A stretch of DNA of 64,000 bases. Source: Reyranella sp. GTDB taxonomy: Bacteria; Pseudomonadota; Alphaproteobacteria; Reyranellales; Reyranellaceae. The stretch's first letter is position 1; every line of letters starts with the position of its first letter. The stretch is from contig NZ_JAUSBN010000087.1 of NCBI RefSeq assembly GCF_030651995.1, positions 1,825-65,824 of the forward strand, written 5' to 3'. The translations under genes were made by a program, and so were the position numbers. Positions 9,751 through 19,143 of this stretch are shown here, one piece after another. Under the pieces are notes generated by a model that was given only the letters and a program-made list of their open reading frames with translations, was not told where the DNA came from and ran no database searches.

Positions 9751-9972
9751 ATGGCCGTCGTCAACGTGAAGTCCGAAATCGCCGGCAATGTGTGGAAGAT
9801 CCAGGTCAAGGCAGGGGATCGGATCGAGGCTGAGGGCGAGATCATGATCCTCGAATCGATGAAGATGGAAATCCCCGTCCTGTCGCCCAAGGCGGGCATC
9901 ATCAAGGAACTCAAGGTCAGCGAAGGCGAGGCCATCGGCGAAGGCCAGCTCGTCGCCGTGCTGGATGCGTAA
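9751..9972 (+). CDS. Stand-alone biotin carboxyl carrier protein
   Basis: 73 aa with the ILESMKMEIPV biotinyl-Lys motif, G.VWKI.V..GD and G.I.EL.V.EGE.I.EGQ. Confidence 0.92.
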   Translation: MAVVNVKSEIAGNVWKIQVKAGDRIEAEGEIMILESMKMEIPVLSPKAGIIKELKVSEGEAIGEGQLVAVLDA

Positions 9973-11023
9973 CAGCGCCGTTGCTGCCGACCTCGCCAAG
10001 CTCTGGGCTCCCGACAATCTCCGCCGCTCGGCACCGGGCATCGCCCTGTGCGCCGTCATCGCGGCCGTGGCCTACTACGCCGACACGAGGAGTCTGCTGC
10101 GTTTCGGCGCGGTCTGGGTGCCGCCGCTGATCCTGACTCTGGTCATCGGCATGGCGCTGCAGCCGCTGTCGGCCAGGCCCGTGCTGAAGCCCGGCCTCGA
10201 ATTCGCCGGCCGCACGCTCCTGCGAAGCGGCGTCGCCCTGCTGGGCGCGCGTCTCACCCTCGGCAATCTCGTCGAGGGTGGCGCGCTGCCGATCGTCGTG
10301 GCCGTCGCTGCGGTCGGATGCACCATCGTGTTCGGCGCCTGGGCGGCGCGCCTGTTCGGCCTCAGCCGGAATTTCGGCCTGCTGACCGGCTGCGCCACTG
10401 GTGTCTGCGGCGCGGCGGCCGCATTGGCCGCGTCGGCCGTGCTGCCGAAGCACGAGAATTCGGACCGCGACCTCGCCTTCACCGTGATGGGCGTCAACTT
10501 CCTCAGCACGGTGGTGATGGTGATCTACCCCACCCTGCGCGAGGTCCTGGGCTTCTCGCTGTTCGAGATGGGCGTGTTCCTGGGCGGCGCAATCCACGAC
10601 GTGGCGCAGGTCGCGGGCGCCGGCCAGACGATGGGCCAGCAGGTGCTGAGCGACGCGGTCGTTACCAAGCTGCTGAGGGTGGCGGCCCTGCTGCCCGCGA
10701 TCGCCGGCATCGCCTGGTGGGTGGCGAAGAGCGGCGGCCCGCAGAGTTCGGCGCGACCGGCGCCGCCGGTCTTCCTGTTCGGCTTCCTGGCGCTCGCCGC
10801 GCTGAACTCGCTCGGCGTCATTCCCGCTGCCGTGCGGGACGCCGTCGGCCAGATCTCCGCCTTCCTCATCATCACCGCCATCGCGGCGCTGGGCATGAAG
10901 ACGTCGCTTCTGGCGCTGGTGCGCATCGGCATGGCCCCGGTGATGCTGCTGATCACCGAGACGATCTTCGTCGGCCTGCTGGTCGTCGGCCTGATCTACG
11001 GCTTGCGAGCCGCGGGACTTTAG
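9965..11023 (+). CDS. YeiH/UPF0324 putative sulfate exporter family membrane protein
   Basis: LLRSGVALLG, GVCGAAAALA, GGAIHDVAQVAGAG and TKLLRV. Start overlaps the upstream stop. Confidence 0.9.
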   Translation: MRNSAVAADLAKLWAPDNLRRSAPGIALCAVIAAVAYYADTRSLLRFGAVWVPPLILTLVIGMALQPLSARPVLKPGLEFAGRTLLRSGVALLGARLTLGNLVEGGALPIVVAVAAVGCTIVFGAWAARLFGLSRNFGLLTGCATGVCGAAAALAASAVLPKHENSDRDLAFTVMGVNFLSTVVMVIYPTLREVLGFSLFEMGVFLGGAIHDVAQVAGAGQTMGQQVLSDAVVTKLLRVAALLPAIAGIAWWVAKSGGPQSSARPAPPVFLFGFLALAALNSLGVIPAAVRDAVGQISAFLIITAIAALGMKTSLLALVRIGMAPVMLLITETIFVGLLVVGLIYGLRAAGL

Positions 11024-12003
11024 CTCCCCGGCTTGGTGCCGGTCGCCTTCACCACCGCGCCCCAGGTGTCGATCTCGTTCTTGATGAACTCGGCGAACTG
11101 GATGGGCGTGCCCGGTGCCGGCAGGGCGGCGCGCTGCTCGATCAGCTTGATTACGGCATCGTCGTTCAGCAGCGCCTGCATGTCCCGGCTGACCTTCGCC
11201 ACGATTTCCAGTGGCGTGCGCGCCGGCGCCGCGAGGCCAGACCAGCCGGCCGCGTTGAAGCCCGGGATCGTCGCGGCGATCAGCGGGATCTTGTCGAGCG
11301 GCGGCGGCGCGGGACGCGACGTCGTGACGGCGAGCGCCTTGATGCGACCGTCCTTGATGTGATTCAGCGCTGACGCGGTGCTGTCCATCATCAGCTTGAC
11401 GTGCCCCCCGAGCAGGTCGGCCATCGCCGGCCCGCTGCCCTTGTAGGGAATGTGCACGATGTCGACCCCTGCCTTCAGCTTGAACAGCTCCATGCTGAGA
11501 TGCTGCGAGGTGCCGGGACCCGCCGAGGCGTAGGAAAGCTTGCCCGGCTCCTTCTTGGCGAGCGCGATCAGCTCCGCCAGCGTGTTCACCGGCAGGCTCG
11601 GATGCGCCACGATGACCAGCGGCACCAGGAAGATGTTGGAGATCGGCAGGAAGTCGGTCAGCGGCTTGTAGGGCAGATCGGGGTACAGGCTGGGATTGAC
11701 GCCGAACGTGCCGCTCGACACGACCATCAGCGTGTAGCCGTCCGGCGCTGCCATCTTGCCGTACTCGGTGGCCGGGATACCGCTGCCGCCGGCCTTGTTC
11801 TCGACGATGACCTGCTGCTTCCACTTCTCGGACAGCTTTTCGGCCATCAGGCGCGCGAAAATATCGGCGGCCTGGCCGGGCGGGAACGGCACGACGAAGC
11901 GCACGGGCTTGTTGGGCCACGCGGATTGCGCGGTGGCCGGTGCGGCAAGCGTTGCGCCGGCCGCGCCAGCGAGCGCCATGACATGGCGACGCGTCGGATT
12001 CAT
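11020..12003 (-). CDS. Tripartite tricarboxylate transporter substrate-binding protein (Bug/TctC)
   Basis: GGAGG precedes ATG 12003. Tat-like PTRRHVM, PNKPVRFVVPFPPG, VIVENKAGGSG, APDGYTL and HIPYKGSGPA. Confidence 0.93.
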   Translation of the reverse strand: MNPTRRHVMALAGAAGATLAAPATAQSAWPNKPVRFVVPFPPGQAADIFARLMAEKLSEKWKQQVIVENKAGGSGIPATEYGKMAAPDGYTLMVVSSGTFGVNPSLYPDLPYKPLTDFLPISNIFLVPLVIVAHPSLPVNTLAELIALAKKEPGKLSYASAGPGTSQHLSMELFKLKAGVDIVHIPYKGSGPAMADLLGGHVKLMMDSTASALNHIKDGRIKALAVTTSRPAPPPLDKIPLIAATIPGFNAAGWSGLAAPARTPLEIVAKVSRDMQALLNDDAVIKLIEQRAALPAPGTPIQFAEFIKNEIDTWGAVVKATGTKPGS

Positions 12004-12064
12004 TTCTGGAACCTCCCAGTTCGTTTCGGGTGACAGGGTAGCACATGCCCCGGAAAATGACCGC

Positions 12065-12559
12065 ATGACACGCACGATCCATATCGCTCCGCCCCGCGAA
12101 CCGTCGGATTTCGACGCCATCGCCGAACTGGTCCGGGAATATGCTGGATCGCTCGGCTTCTCCCTCGAATATCAGGACTTCGAGGCGGAACTCGGCGACC
12201 TCCGCGCAAAGTATGGCCCACCCGGCGGGGCCCTGTTGCTCGCGCGGGTCGACGGCGACCCGGCCGGCACCGTGGCGCTTCGGCAACTGGAGACGGGCAT
12301 CGGCGAGATGAAGCGGCTCTATGTCAGGCCGGGCTTTCGCCGGGAGCGCACCGAGGCCGGCGTTTCGATCGGGCGGGAGCTCGCCTTTCGCATCGTCGAG
12401 GCGGCGCGCGCCTGCGGTCATCGACGTCTCAGGCTGGACACAATCGGCCCCCAAATGGAGGCGGCGATCAAGCTCTATCGGACGATGGGCTTCACCGAGA
12501 TCGCGCCCTACTACCCCAGTCCGGTGCCCGGCACCGTCTACATGGAGCTGGTCCTTTGA
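12065..12559 (+). CDS. GNAT family N-acetyltransferase
   Basis: EMKRLYVRPGFR...IGREL, LRLDT, and AIKLYR.MGF.EIAPYY. Confidence 0.9.
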   Translation: MTRTIHIAPPREPSDFDAIAELVREYAGSLGFSLEYQDFEAELGDLRAKYGPPGGALLLARVDGDPAGTVALRQLETGIGEMKRLYVRPGFRRERTEAGVSIGRELAFRIVEAARACGHRRLRLDTIGPQMEAAIKLYRTMGFTEIAPYYPSPVPGTVYMELVL

Positions 12560-13008
12560 CCGATCGCTTCTTCGAGGATTTCAAGGTCGGCGACCGCTTC
12601 ATGAGCGGCGGCATGACGATCACCGAGGCCGCCATCATCGACTTCGCCCGCCAGTGGGATCCACAGCCCTTTCACACCGATCCCGACTTCGCCTCGAAGT
12701 GGACCTTCGGTGGCCTGATCGCCTCCGGGCTCCACACGATGGCGGCGACGCTGCGCCTGTGGCTCGATCTCGGCATCTTCCGCGCCTGCAGCCTGGGCTC
12801 TCCCGGGATCGGCGAGGTCCAGTTTCCCCGTCCCGTCCGGCCAGGCGATACGTTGCGCGTGGTGTCCGACATCGTCCAGCTGCGGCCCTCGGCCTCCAGG
12901 CCCGACCGCGGCATTGCCCGGCTGCGCCAGGTCACGATCAACCAGCGCGGCGAACAGGTCATGGAACAGGAGACGACGGTCTTCCTGAAGCGCCGCCCCG
13001 CGGCCTAA
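12556..13008 (+). CDS. MaoC family dehydratase
   Basis: FFEDFKVG, FARQWDPQPFH.D, GGLIASGLHT and F..PVRPGDTL. TTG start overlaps the upstream TGA. Confidence 0.9.
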   Translation: MTDRFFEDFKVGDRFMSGGMTITEAAIIDFARQWDPQPFHTDPDFASKWTFGGLIASGLHTMAATLRLWLDLGIFRACSLGSPGIGEVQFPRPVRPGDTLRVVSDIVQLRPSASRPDRGIARLRQVTINQRGEQVMEQETTVFLKRRPAA

Positions 13009-13634
13009 CGCCAGGCGAAGACCGGCTGTTCGTAGTGGTCGACCCGCGTGTCGCGGCCGGCCAGCGCCACTTCGCGGAACTGGAACAGCACCGCCGCCGT
13101 CGGCGCGTTCACCGTCGCCACCGGCAAAGGCAGGCGGATGATCGGACGGTCTGATTCCTCGATCGCCACAATCTCCGGCGAACCGTCGCGGAAGAGCTCC
13201 CCGCAGCCGATGCGGTAGGCGCCTGCCACTTCTGAAGGGTTGGGCATCAGCGTCACGCCCGGCGCCCAGACCACCACCGGCGCGATCAGGTAGCCCGACC
13301 GGGTCGGATAGTCATCGAGTGTGCCCAGGATATCGTCGGTGGAAGCCAGCACGCCCAATTCCTCGTGCAGTTCGCGCAGAGCGGTCTGCTCGATCGTCTC
13401 GCCGGGATCGACCCGCCCGCCCGGCAGGGCCCACTGGCCGCCGTGGGCCCGCAGTCTCGGGGTACGCTTGGTCAGCAGGAAGGCAGCCTCGCCGGGCTCG
13501 TCGCCTTCGGCGATGACGATCGCCACGGCGGCTCGCTTGAGACCGCCGGCATCGACGCGACGGCGCAGGTCGAAGCGCCCAAGATGCTCCGTGACCCGGG
13601 CGCGCAGGGCCTCATCCAAGCGAATCGGGTTCAC
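13005..13634 (-). CDS. Nudix hydrolase, CoA pyrophosphatase family
   Basis: LLTKR..LRAHGGQWALPGG followed by the Nudix box G.VDPGET..TALRELHEELG, and NPSEVA. Confidence 0.9.
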   Translation of the reverse strand: MNPIRLDEALRARVTEHLGRFDLRRRVDAGGLKRAAVAIVIAEGDEPGEAAFLLTKRTPRLRAHGGQWALPGGRVDPGETIEQTALRELHEELGVLASTDDILGTLDDYPTRSGYLIAPVVVWAPGVTLMPNPSEVAGAYRIGCGELFRDGSPEIVAIEESDRPIIRLPLPVATVNAPTAAVLFQFREVALAGRDTRVDHYEQPVFAWR

Positions 13635-14251
13635 GGGCCGGGGGGTCTCCGGAATGTCCAGACGACGGCGGGGGGCATGTTCCGCCAGATGCGCGGCCCC
13701 CGCGTGCCGACGAGCCGCAGCGCCTGGGAAAGGCTGCGCGGCACCGGCTGCGCTGGACCGTAAGTGAACTGAACCAGCGCCCCGCCGCGCGGCAGGGCGT
13801 CGAACACGCCCTCCACGATACCGCGCACGACGTCTGCGGGAAGCGACAGCAGCGGCAGGCTCGACACCACCGCCGACACCGAGCCGATCCCCTGCTCCGA
13901 AAGGATCCTGGTCAGTCGGGCGGCATCGCCCTCGACGATCCGGGGGCCGGAGAAGTGCCGCCGCAGGAACGAAGCGAGTTCGGGATCGCGCTCGACCAGC
14001 GCAAGCCGGTCGGCGGGAATGCCTGCCGCCAGGAGCGCCTTGGTGACCTCGCCCGTCCCCGCGCCCAGCTCGATCACGTGGCCCTCGCGGCCCTTCATCT
14101 CCGTGAAGGTCGTCCGCGCCATGGCCTCGGCCAGCAGCCGGCCGCTCGGCACGACCGCCCCCACCGCAAACGGCCGGCGCAGCCAGCGTTTCAGGAAAAG
14201 GGCAGTGCCGGCACGCGAGCCGAGGTCGTCACGATTCTCGATCGGGGGCAT
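13631..14251 (-). CDS. pmtA: Phospholipid N-methyltransferase (PmtA-like class I SAM MTase)
   Basis: GAVVPSG..LA..M, VIELGAGTG, VVSSLPLLSLP and LVQFTY. Confidence 0.75.
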   Translation of the reverse strand: MPPIENRDDLGSRAGTALFLKRWLRRPFAVGAVVPSGRLLAEAMARTTFTEMKGREGHVIELGAGTGEVTKALLAAGIPADRLALVERDPELASFLRRHFSGPRIVEGDAARLTRILSEQGIGSVSAVVSSLPLLSLPADVVRGIVEGVFDALPRGGALVQFTYGPAQPVPRSLSQALRLVGTRGPRIWRNMPPAVVWTFRRPPGP

Positions 14252-14304
14252 GGCGGAACGCTAACAGACGCCTTTCCAAGTCGACAGGAAAAAGCAGCCG
14301 CTCC

Positions 14305-17097
14305 CTATTGCGCGGGTTGCATGGCCGGGTCCGTCGCAGGCGCCGGAGCCGGCGCCTCGAACACCGGCTCGGCATGCCGCATCTGCTCCACGGCGTTGAC
14401 CATGGAGACGTACACGGCGGCCACGTAGGGCAGCGACTGTACGATCATGAAGAGCGACCACAGGCGGGCCTCGGGGTCGACGACACCGTTGCCGAACCAC
14501 AAAACCGCTGCCGCGATCCACAGCAGCACGGCCAGGATCGCCTCGCCGCGCGCCATGCCGAGCGCCATGCCCAAGGTAGCCCTCTCGTCCATCTTGGGCG
14601 TGCGCATGAACGGCAGGCGGCTGGTCGCCAGCCCGTAGATCACCGCCCGGCCCACCGTGTAGGTCAGCGCCAGCCCTGCCAGGGAGGCGCCGATGCTCTG
14701 GCGGAAGGTGCAGCGCACGCGGTCGAAATACAGGCCGAACGAATAGAGCAGCTTGAAGACGAAGATGCCGATGGTCGGGGCGATGAACTCGGCCGGCGGC
14801 AGGCCGACCGGCTTCATGCCGAACATCGGCGGCACCACGACCGCCAGCACCCAGGCCAGCCCCGCCCAGGTGAAGATCAGGTTCAGCGCATCGGCGAACC
14901 AGGGCATCCACCCGGCAACGAAATGGTATTTCTGCCAGAAGGTCAGCTTGGTATCGCCGAAGAACATCTTGCCGGCATGCGCCTTCATGATCTGCATGGC
15001 GCCGTAGGCCCAGCGGAAGCGCTGCTTCTTGTAGCCCGAGAAATGATCCGGGGTCAGGCCGTGGCCGAAGCGCTCGCGGCTGTACATGGCGCCATAGCCG
15101 TTCTCCATCAGGCGCAGGCCGAGCTCGGTGTCCTCGGTGATGCACCAGGTCGCCCAGCCCCCCATCTCCTCCATGCAGGATCGGCGCACCAGGGTCATCG
15201 TGCCGTGCTGGATGATGGCGTCGTACTCGTTGCGCAGGCACATGCCGATGTCGAAGAAGCCGGCATACTCCCAGTTCAGCATCTCCTTGAACCGGTCGCC
15301 ACGCCAGTCGCGGTGGTCCTGCGGCGCCTGAACGTAGCCTATCTTGGCGTCGTCAAAATATGGCACCAGCGCCTTCAACCAGTTCGGCCGCACCATGTAG
15401 TCGCTGTCTATGACGCCGATCACCTTGGCGTCGGGCGCGGTCTGGCTGAGCACGAAGTTGAGCGCGCCGGCCTTGAAGCCCTTCATGACGTCGAAATGGA
15501 AGAACTTGAAGCGCTCGCCGAGCTGGGCGCAGTAATCCTGCACCGGGCGCCACACCGCGGGATCCTTGGTGTTGTTGTCGATGACGATGACTTCGAAATT
15601 CGGGTAGTCGAGCCCGGCCAGCGAATCGAGCGTCTGCATGACCATCGACGGCGGCTCGTTGCAGATCGCGAGATGCAGCGAGACTTTCGGCCAGTCGCGG
15701 TCAGCCGGCTGGCGGGCGATCATCTCGGCGGCGGGCAGCGCCTCGCGCGTCCAGCGGCCACGCCAGATCGTCTCGGCCATCTCCAGGGCCTGCACCAGCG
15801 CCATGCCGAGGCTGGCCACCAGGAAGAAGGCCAGCACGCCCCAGCCCACCATCTCGGAGGCGACCATGTAGGTGCCGGCGGCAACGAAGGCACCATAGGC
15901 CACGGCACTCGCCGACAGCGCCACGAGGGCGCAGAAGCCGACCTGCCCCGCCATGCCGAGGCGCGGCCATCGCCACAGGAAGAGCAGCATCAGCGGCAGC
16001 GATGCCGCCAGCGACCAGGCTGCGCAGGAGAGCCACTGCGGGAAGGTCTCGATCGAACCGGTCCAGGCGAATTTCTGCTGCCGGTCGGCGTTCCAGAGGC
16101 CCCAGTAGCCGCCTGCCTTGCCCTCGAGGTCGTAGGACTTCCACGGCTGGTCGACGGCCTCGACGACGAACGTGTCGATATTCTGCGAGCGCAGCCACGC
16201 CACCATGTCGCGCACGTTCCGGGCCTGCTCGGCCGGCGTCGCATGCTTCACAATGCCTGAACCAGGGCTGCGGCGCGAGGCGCCGTTCGACGGCCAGCCG
16301 ACCTCGGTGACGATGATGTTCTTGTTCGGGTAGAGTTTCCGCAGCAGCCCGATCTTCTCCTTTACATACTCGAGCGGCGTCGAACTCGACTGCTCGTCCC
16401 AGTAGGGCAGAATGTGGACGGCGAGGTAATCGACCTCCCGCGCGAGGTCGGGATAGCGTTCCCAGATGTGCCAGGGCTCGGCGGTGCTGACCGGTACCTT
16501 CACGTTGCGCTTGACGTTGCGGATCTCGCGGATGAGCTGCGCGGGGCTGATCGCGTGCGGATCACGCAGGTTCTTCTCGCCGTCGAAGCGGAGGATGTTT
16601 TCGTTGCCGACCAGCACGCGCTCGATGCTGGGGTTCTGGTTGGCCATGCGGATCAGTGCGCCGGTTTCCTCGGCATTGACCTCGCTCGCCTCGCGGCCGA
16701 ACTGCAGCTTGGCTTCGTTGCGGCTGTAGATCCAGGCGCCCGGTACCAGCTTGAGGCCGTACTTGGCGGCCAGGGCGGGCATTGAGTCGCCCCCATCCGT
16801 GGTGCGATAGGTGCGCACGTAGTTGACCTTGCCGCCAAGCATCGCGAAGTCGCGCTCGATCTGATCCTTGCGCGGCTTGATCTGAGGCACGGGCGCGTCG
16901 TTCACCGCGGTGCGCAGGAAGCTCCATACGCCGCTCGCCTTGCCGGCCAGCGGATCCTGGTCCTTGGCCCACGGGGCATAGGTGACGCCATGAAGGGGCC
17001 CCGCTACGTCGGCCGCCGTCACGCGACTGTCCAGCAGACGCCAGCCGACCAGGGTCGCCGCGACCACAATCAAAAGAACCAAGCCCCGACGCATCAT
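14305..17097 (-). CDS. ndvB: GH17-GT2 fusion, NdvB-like (cyclic) beta-glucan synthase
   Basis: GH17: VGNE and TEVGWPS. A TM segment follows. GT2: CNEP, IDSDY, FKAGALN, ITEDTELG and QRFRWAYG, then C-terminal TMs. Confidence 0.85.
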   Translation of the reverse strand: MMRRGLVLLIVVAATLVGWRLLDSRVTAADVAGPLHGVTYAPWAKDQDPLAGKASGVWSFLRTAVNDAPVPQIKPRKDQIERDFAMLGGKVNYVRTYRTTDGGDSMPALAAKYGLKLVPGAWIYSRNEAKLQFGREASEVNAEETGALIRMANQNPSIERVLVGNENILRFDGEKNLRDPHAISPAQLIREIRNVKRNVKVPVSTAEPWHIWERYPDLAREVDYLAVHILPYWDEQSSSTPLEYVKEKIGLLRKLYPNKNIIVTEVGWPSNGASRRSPGSGIVKHATPAEQARNVRDMVAWLRSQNIDTFVVEAVDQPWKSYDLEGKAGGYWGLWNADRQQKFAWTGSIETFPQWLSCAAWSLAASLPLMLLFLWRWPRLGMAGQVGFCALVALSASAVAYGAFVAAGTYMVASEMVGWGVLAFFLVASLGMALVQALEMAETIWRGRWTREALPAAEMIARQPADRDWPKVSLHLAICNEPPSMVMQTLDSLAGLDYPNFEVIVIDNNTKDPAVWRPVQDYCAQLGERFKFFHFDVMKGFKAGALNFVLSQTAPDAKVIGVIDSDYMVRPNWLKALVPYFDDAKIGYVQAPQDHRDWRGDRFKEMLNWEYAGFFDIGMCLRNEYDAIIQHGTMTLVRRSCMEEMGGWATWCITEDTELGLRLMENGYGAMYSRERFGHGLTPDHFSGYKKQRFRWAYGAMQIMKAHAGKMFFGDTKLTFWQKYHFVAGWMPWFADALNLIFTWAGLAWVLAVVVPPMFGMKPVGLPPAEFIAPTIGIFVFKLLYSFGLYFDRVRCTFRQSIGASLAGLALTYTVGRAVIYGLATSRLPFMRTPKMDERATLGMALGMARGEAILAVLLWIAAAVLWFGNGVVDPEARLWSLFMIVQSLPYVAAVYVSMVNAVEQMRHAEPVFEAPAPAPATDPAMQPAQ

Positions 17098-17426
17098 AGA
17101 GGGACGATCGCTCCGGCAAATCCGCCGATGGTGAACGCTCGCTTCGGGATCGCGGTCGCATGTCTCCTGCGGACGACAATCGTCGACGCAAGGACCGTGC
17201 CCGGATCGACTCTTGCAGCGAGCCGACTACCACGCAGTGCGGCGGACCTCTTCGAGGTTTCCTTGCGCCCGATTTCCTCGGCTGCGACCCTTCGCAGCCG
17301 GTAAGGCGACGCCGTGTTCTATAGCCTGCGGCTCCGGGTACGGTAAAGAGACCCAAAGCGATGATGGCTAAAATGCCCAATTGTCGCTGGCCTTGTCGCC
17401 TGTCCTTCGTCAAAACGCCACAAACG

Positions 17427-18395
17427 ATGACCGATCAGGCCTCCGCCGCAGCGCCCGCTGCCGTTCCTCCCTCTCTTCGCGCAACCTATCGCGCGGCAGA
17501 TCGTTTCGGCTTCCTCGAACGCGCGGGCGCGCGCCTCCGTTACGCGTGGTGGAATGCCCTGGGCACCCCCCGCGGCACCGTCGTCATCCTGACGGGGCGC
17601 GGCGAATTCATCGAGAAGTACGCCACCGAGGTGGTGGGTGAACTGCTGGAGCGCGGCTTTGCGGTCGCCGCCGTCGACTGGCGCGGCCAGGGCCTTTCCG
17701 ACAGGCCGCTCCCGGATCGCGGCAAGGGTCATATCGACACTTTCTCGACCTACATGGCCGACCTCCGGCTGTTCCTGGAAACCGTCGTTTCGCCCGAAGC
17801 GCCTCGCCCGGTGCTCGCCCTCTGCCATTCGATGGGCAGCCACATCATGATGCGGGAGATGGCCGAGAACGGGAGCGGTCCCTTCTCCGCCGCCCTGTTC
17901 GTGGCCCCCATGACCGTGCTCCGGCGCGAGGCGATGCTGCGGTCGGTCCTGATGATCATGCCGGAGGTCCCCGCCGTCGAGGATCGGTACCTGTTCGGGA
18001 CCGGTCCCTTCGTCCTGCTGGCCCGGGAATTCGCGTCGAACTTCGTGACCCATGACGAGCGCCGCTATCGCTTCACCGAGGACTGGTTCACGGCCGATCC
18101 GCGTCTCACGCTGGGCGGTCCGACGATCGGCTGGTCGCGGCAGGCCGTCCGGTCGATGGCCGCGGTCCACGCCCCCGGCTATCTCGAGCGCATCGACATT
18201 CCGCTCCTCGTCATCACCGCCGGCGAGGACCGGCTGATCGACTCGCGGTCCCATGCCCCGCTGGTGGCGCGCCTGAAGCACGGCGAGCACTTCACCATCG
18301 GCCATGCGCGCCACGAGATCATGATGGAGACCGACGAGATCCGGGCCCTTTTCTGGGAGGCGTTCGACCGGCTGGTGAAGGGAGTGCTGAGCTGA
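17427..18395 (+). CDS. Alpha/beta hydrolase, lysophospholipase L2 (PldB)-like
   Basis: GRGEFIEKY, DWRGQGLS, HSMG nucleophile and ARHEIMME. Confidence 0.85.
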   Translation: MTDQASAAAPAAVPPSLRATYRAADRFGFLERAGARLRYAWWNALGTPRGTVVILTGRGEFIEKYATEVVGELLERGFAVAAVDWRGQGLSDRPLPDRGKGHIDTFSTYMADLRLFLETVVSPEAPRPVLALCHSMGSHIMMREMAENGSGPFSAALFVAPMTVLRREAMLRSVLMIMPEVPAVEDRYLFGTGPFVLLAREFASNFVTHDERRYRFTEDWFTADPRLTLGGPTIGWSRQAVRSMAAVHAPGYLERIDIPLLVITAGEDRLIDSRSHAPLVARLKHGEHFTIGHARHEIMMETDEIRALFWEAFDRLVKGVLS

Positions 18396-18396
18396 C

Positions 18397-19134
18397 ATGA
18401 CCGAGATCCAGATGCTGGTAATCGCCGGCGCCTTCCTGGTGGCCGGCGTTGCCAAGGGCGCCATCGGCATCGGCCTGCCGCCGATCGCCGTCGGCCTTAT
18501 GACCCTCGCGCTGCCTCTCGAAGACGCGCTGGCGATGATGACCATCCCGACGCTGGCCACGAACGTCTGGCAGGCCGGCTACGGCCCCGGCCTCGGCCGC
18601 CAGATCCGGCGCTTCTGGAGCTTGGCGGCGACGGCTATGGTCACGCTCGTGATCGTAGCCGCGACGCTCGGCGAGCTAGGCTCCGCCAAGGCCACGTCGA
18701 TCCTGGGCCTGCTGCTCGTGGCCTATTCCCTGCTGGCGCTGGTGGCCTGGCGGCCGCACGTGCCGCGCCATGCCGAGCGCTGGGCCAATCCGCTGGCCGG
18801 CGTGGCGACCGGCTTCATGACGGGCATCACCGGCATCGCGGCTGTCCCCTTCCTGCCTTACATGCAATCGCTCGAAATCCAGAAGGACGATCTCGTGCAG
18901 GCGCTAGGCCTGCTGTTCATCGTGATCACGGCCGCCCTCACCCTGGCGCTGTTCCGTCAAGGCGCGTTCGACGCCGCCAACGTCATTGGTGGCTGTGCCG
19001 CCATCGTGCCGACCTCGATCGGCGTCTGGCTCGGCCAGAAGTCGCGCAATGCCCTGTCGCCGGAAATGTTCCGCCGGGTTTTCCTGGTCGGGCTGCTGGC
19101 CCTCGGGCTGCACATGGCGCGTGGCTTGTTGTAG
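18397..19134 (+). CDS. Sulfite exporter TauE/SafE family
   Basis: AG..KGAIGIGLP, P.LATNVWQ, G..TGF.TGITG and GVWLGQK.R. Confidence 0.9.
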   Translation: MTEIQMLVIAGAFLVAGVAKGAIGIGLPPIAVGLMTLALPLEDALAMMTIPTLATNVWQAGYGPGLGRQIRRFWSLAATAMVTLVIVAATLGELGSAKATSILGLLLVAYSLLALVAWRPHVPRHAERWANPLAGVATGFMTGITGIAAVPFLPYMQSLEIQKDDLVQALGLLFIVITAALTLALFRQGAFDAANVIGGCAAIVPTSIGVWLGQKSRNALSPEMFRRVFLVGLLALGLHMARGLL

Positions 19135-19143
19135 GGTCGGGCC

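Noticed and set aside
17240-17300. Possible c-di-GMP-I riboswitch in the ndvB leader
   Set aside because: Only a loose GGAAACC..GAA..GGT resemblance. The second stem and tetraloop receptor cannot be placed. Kept only as an unspecified structured leader.
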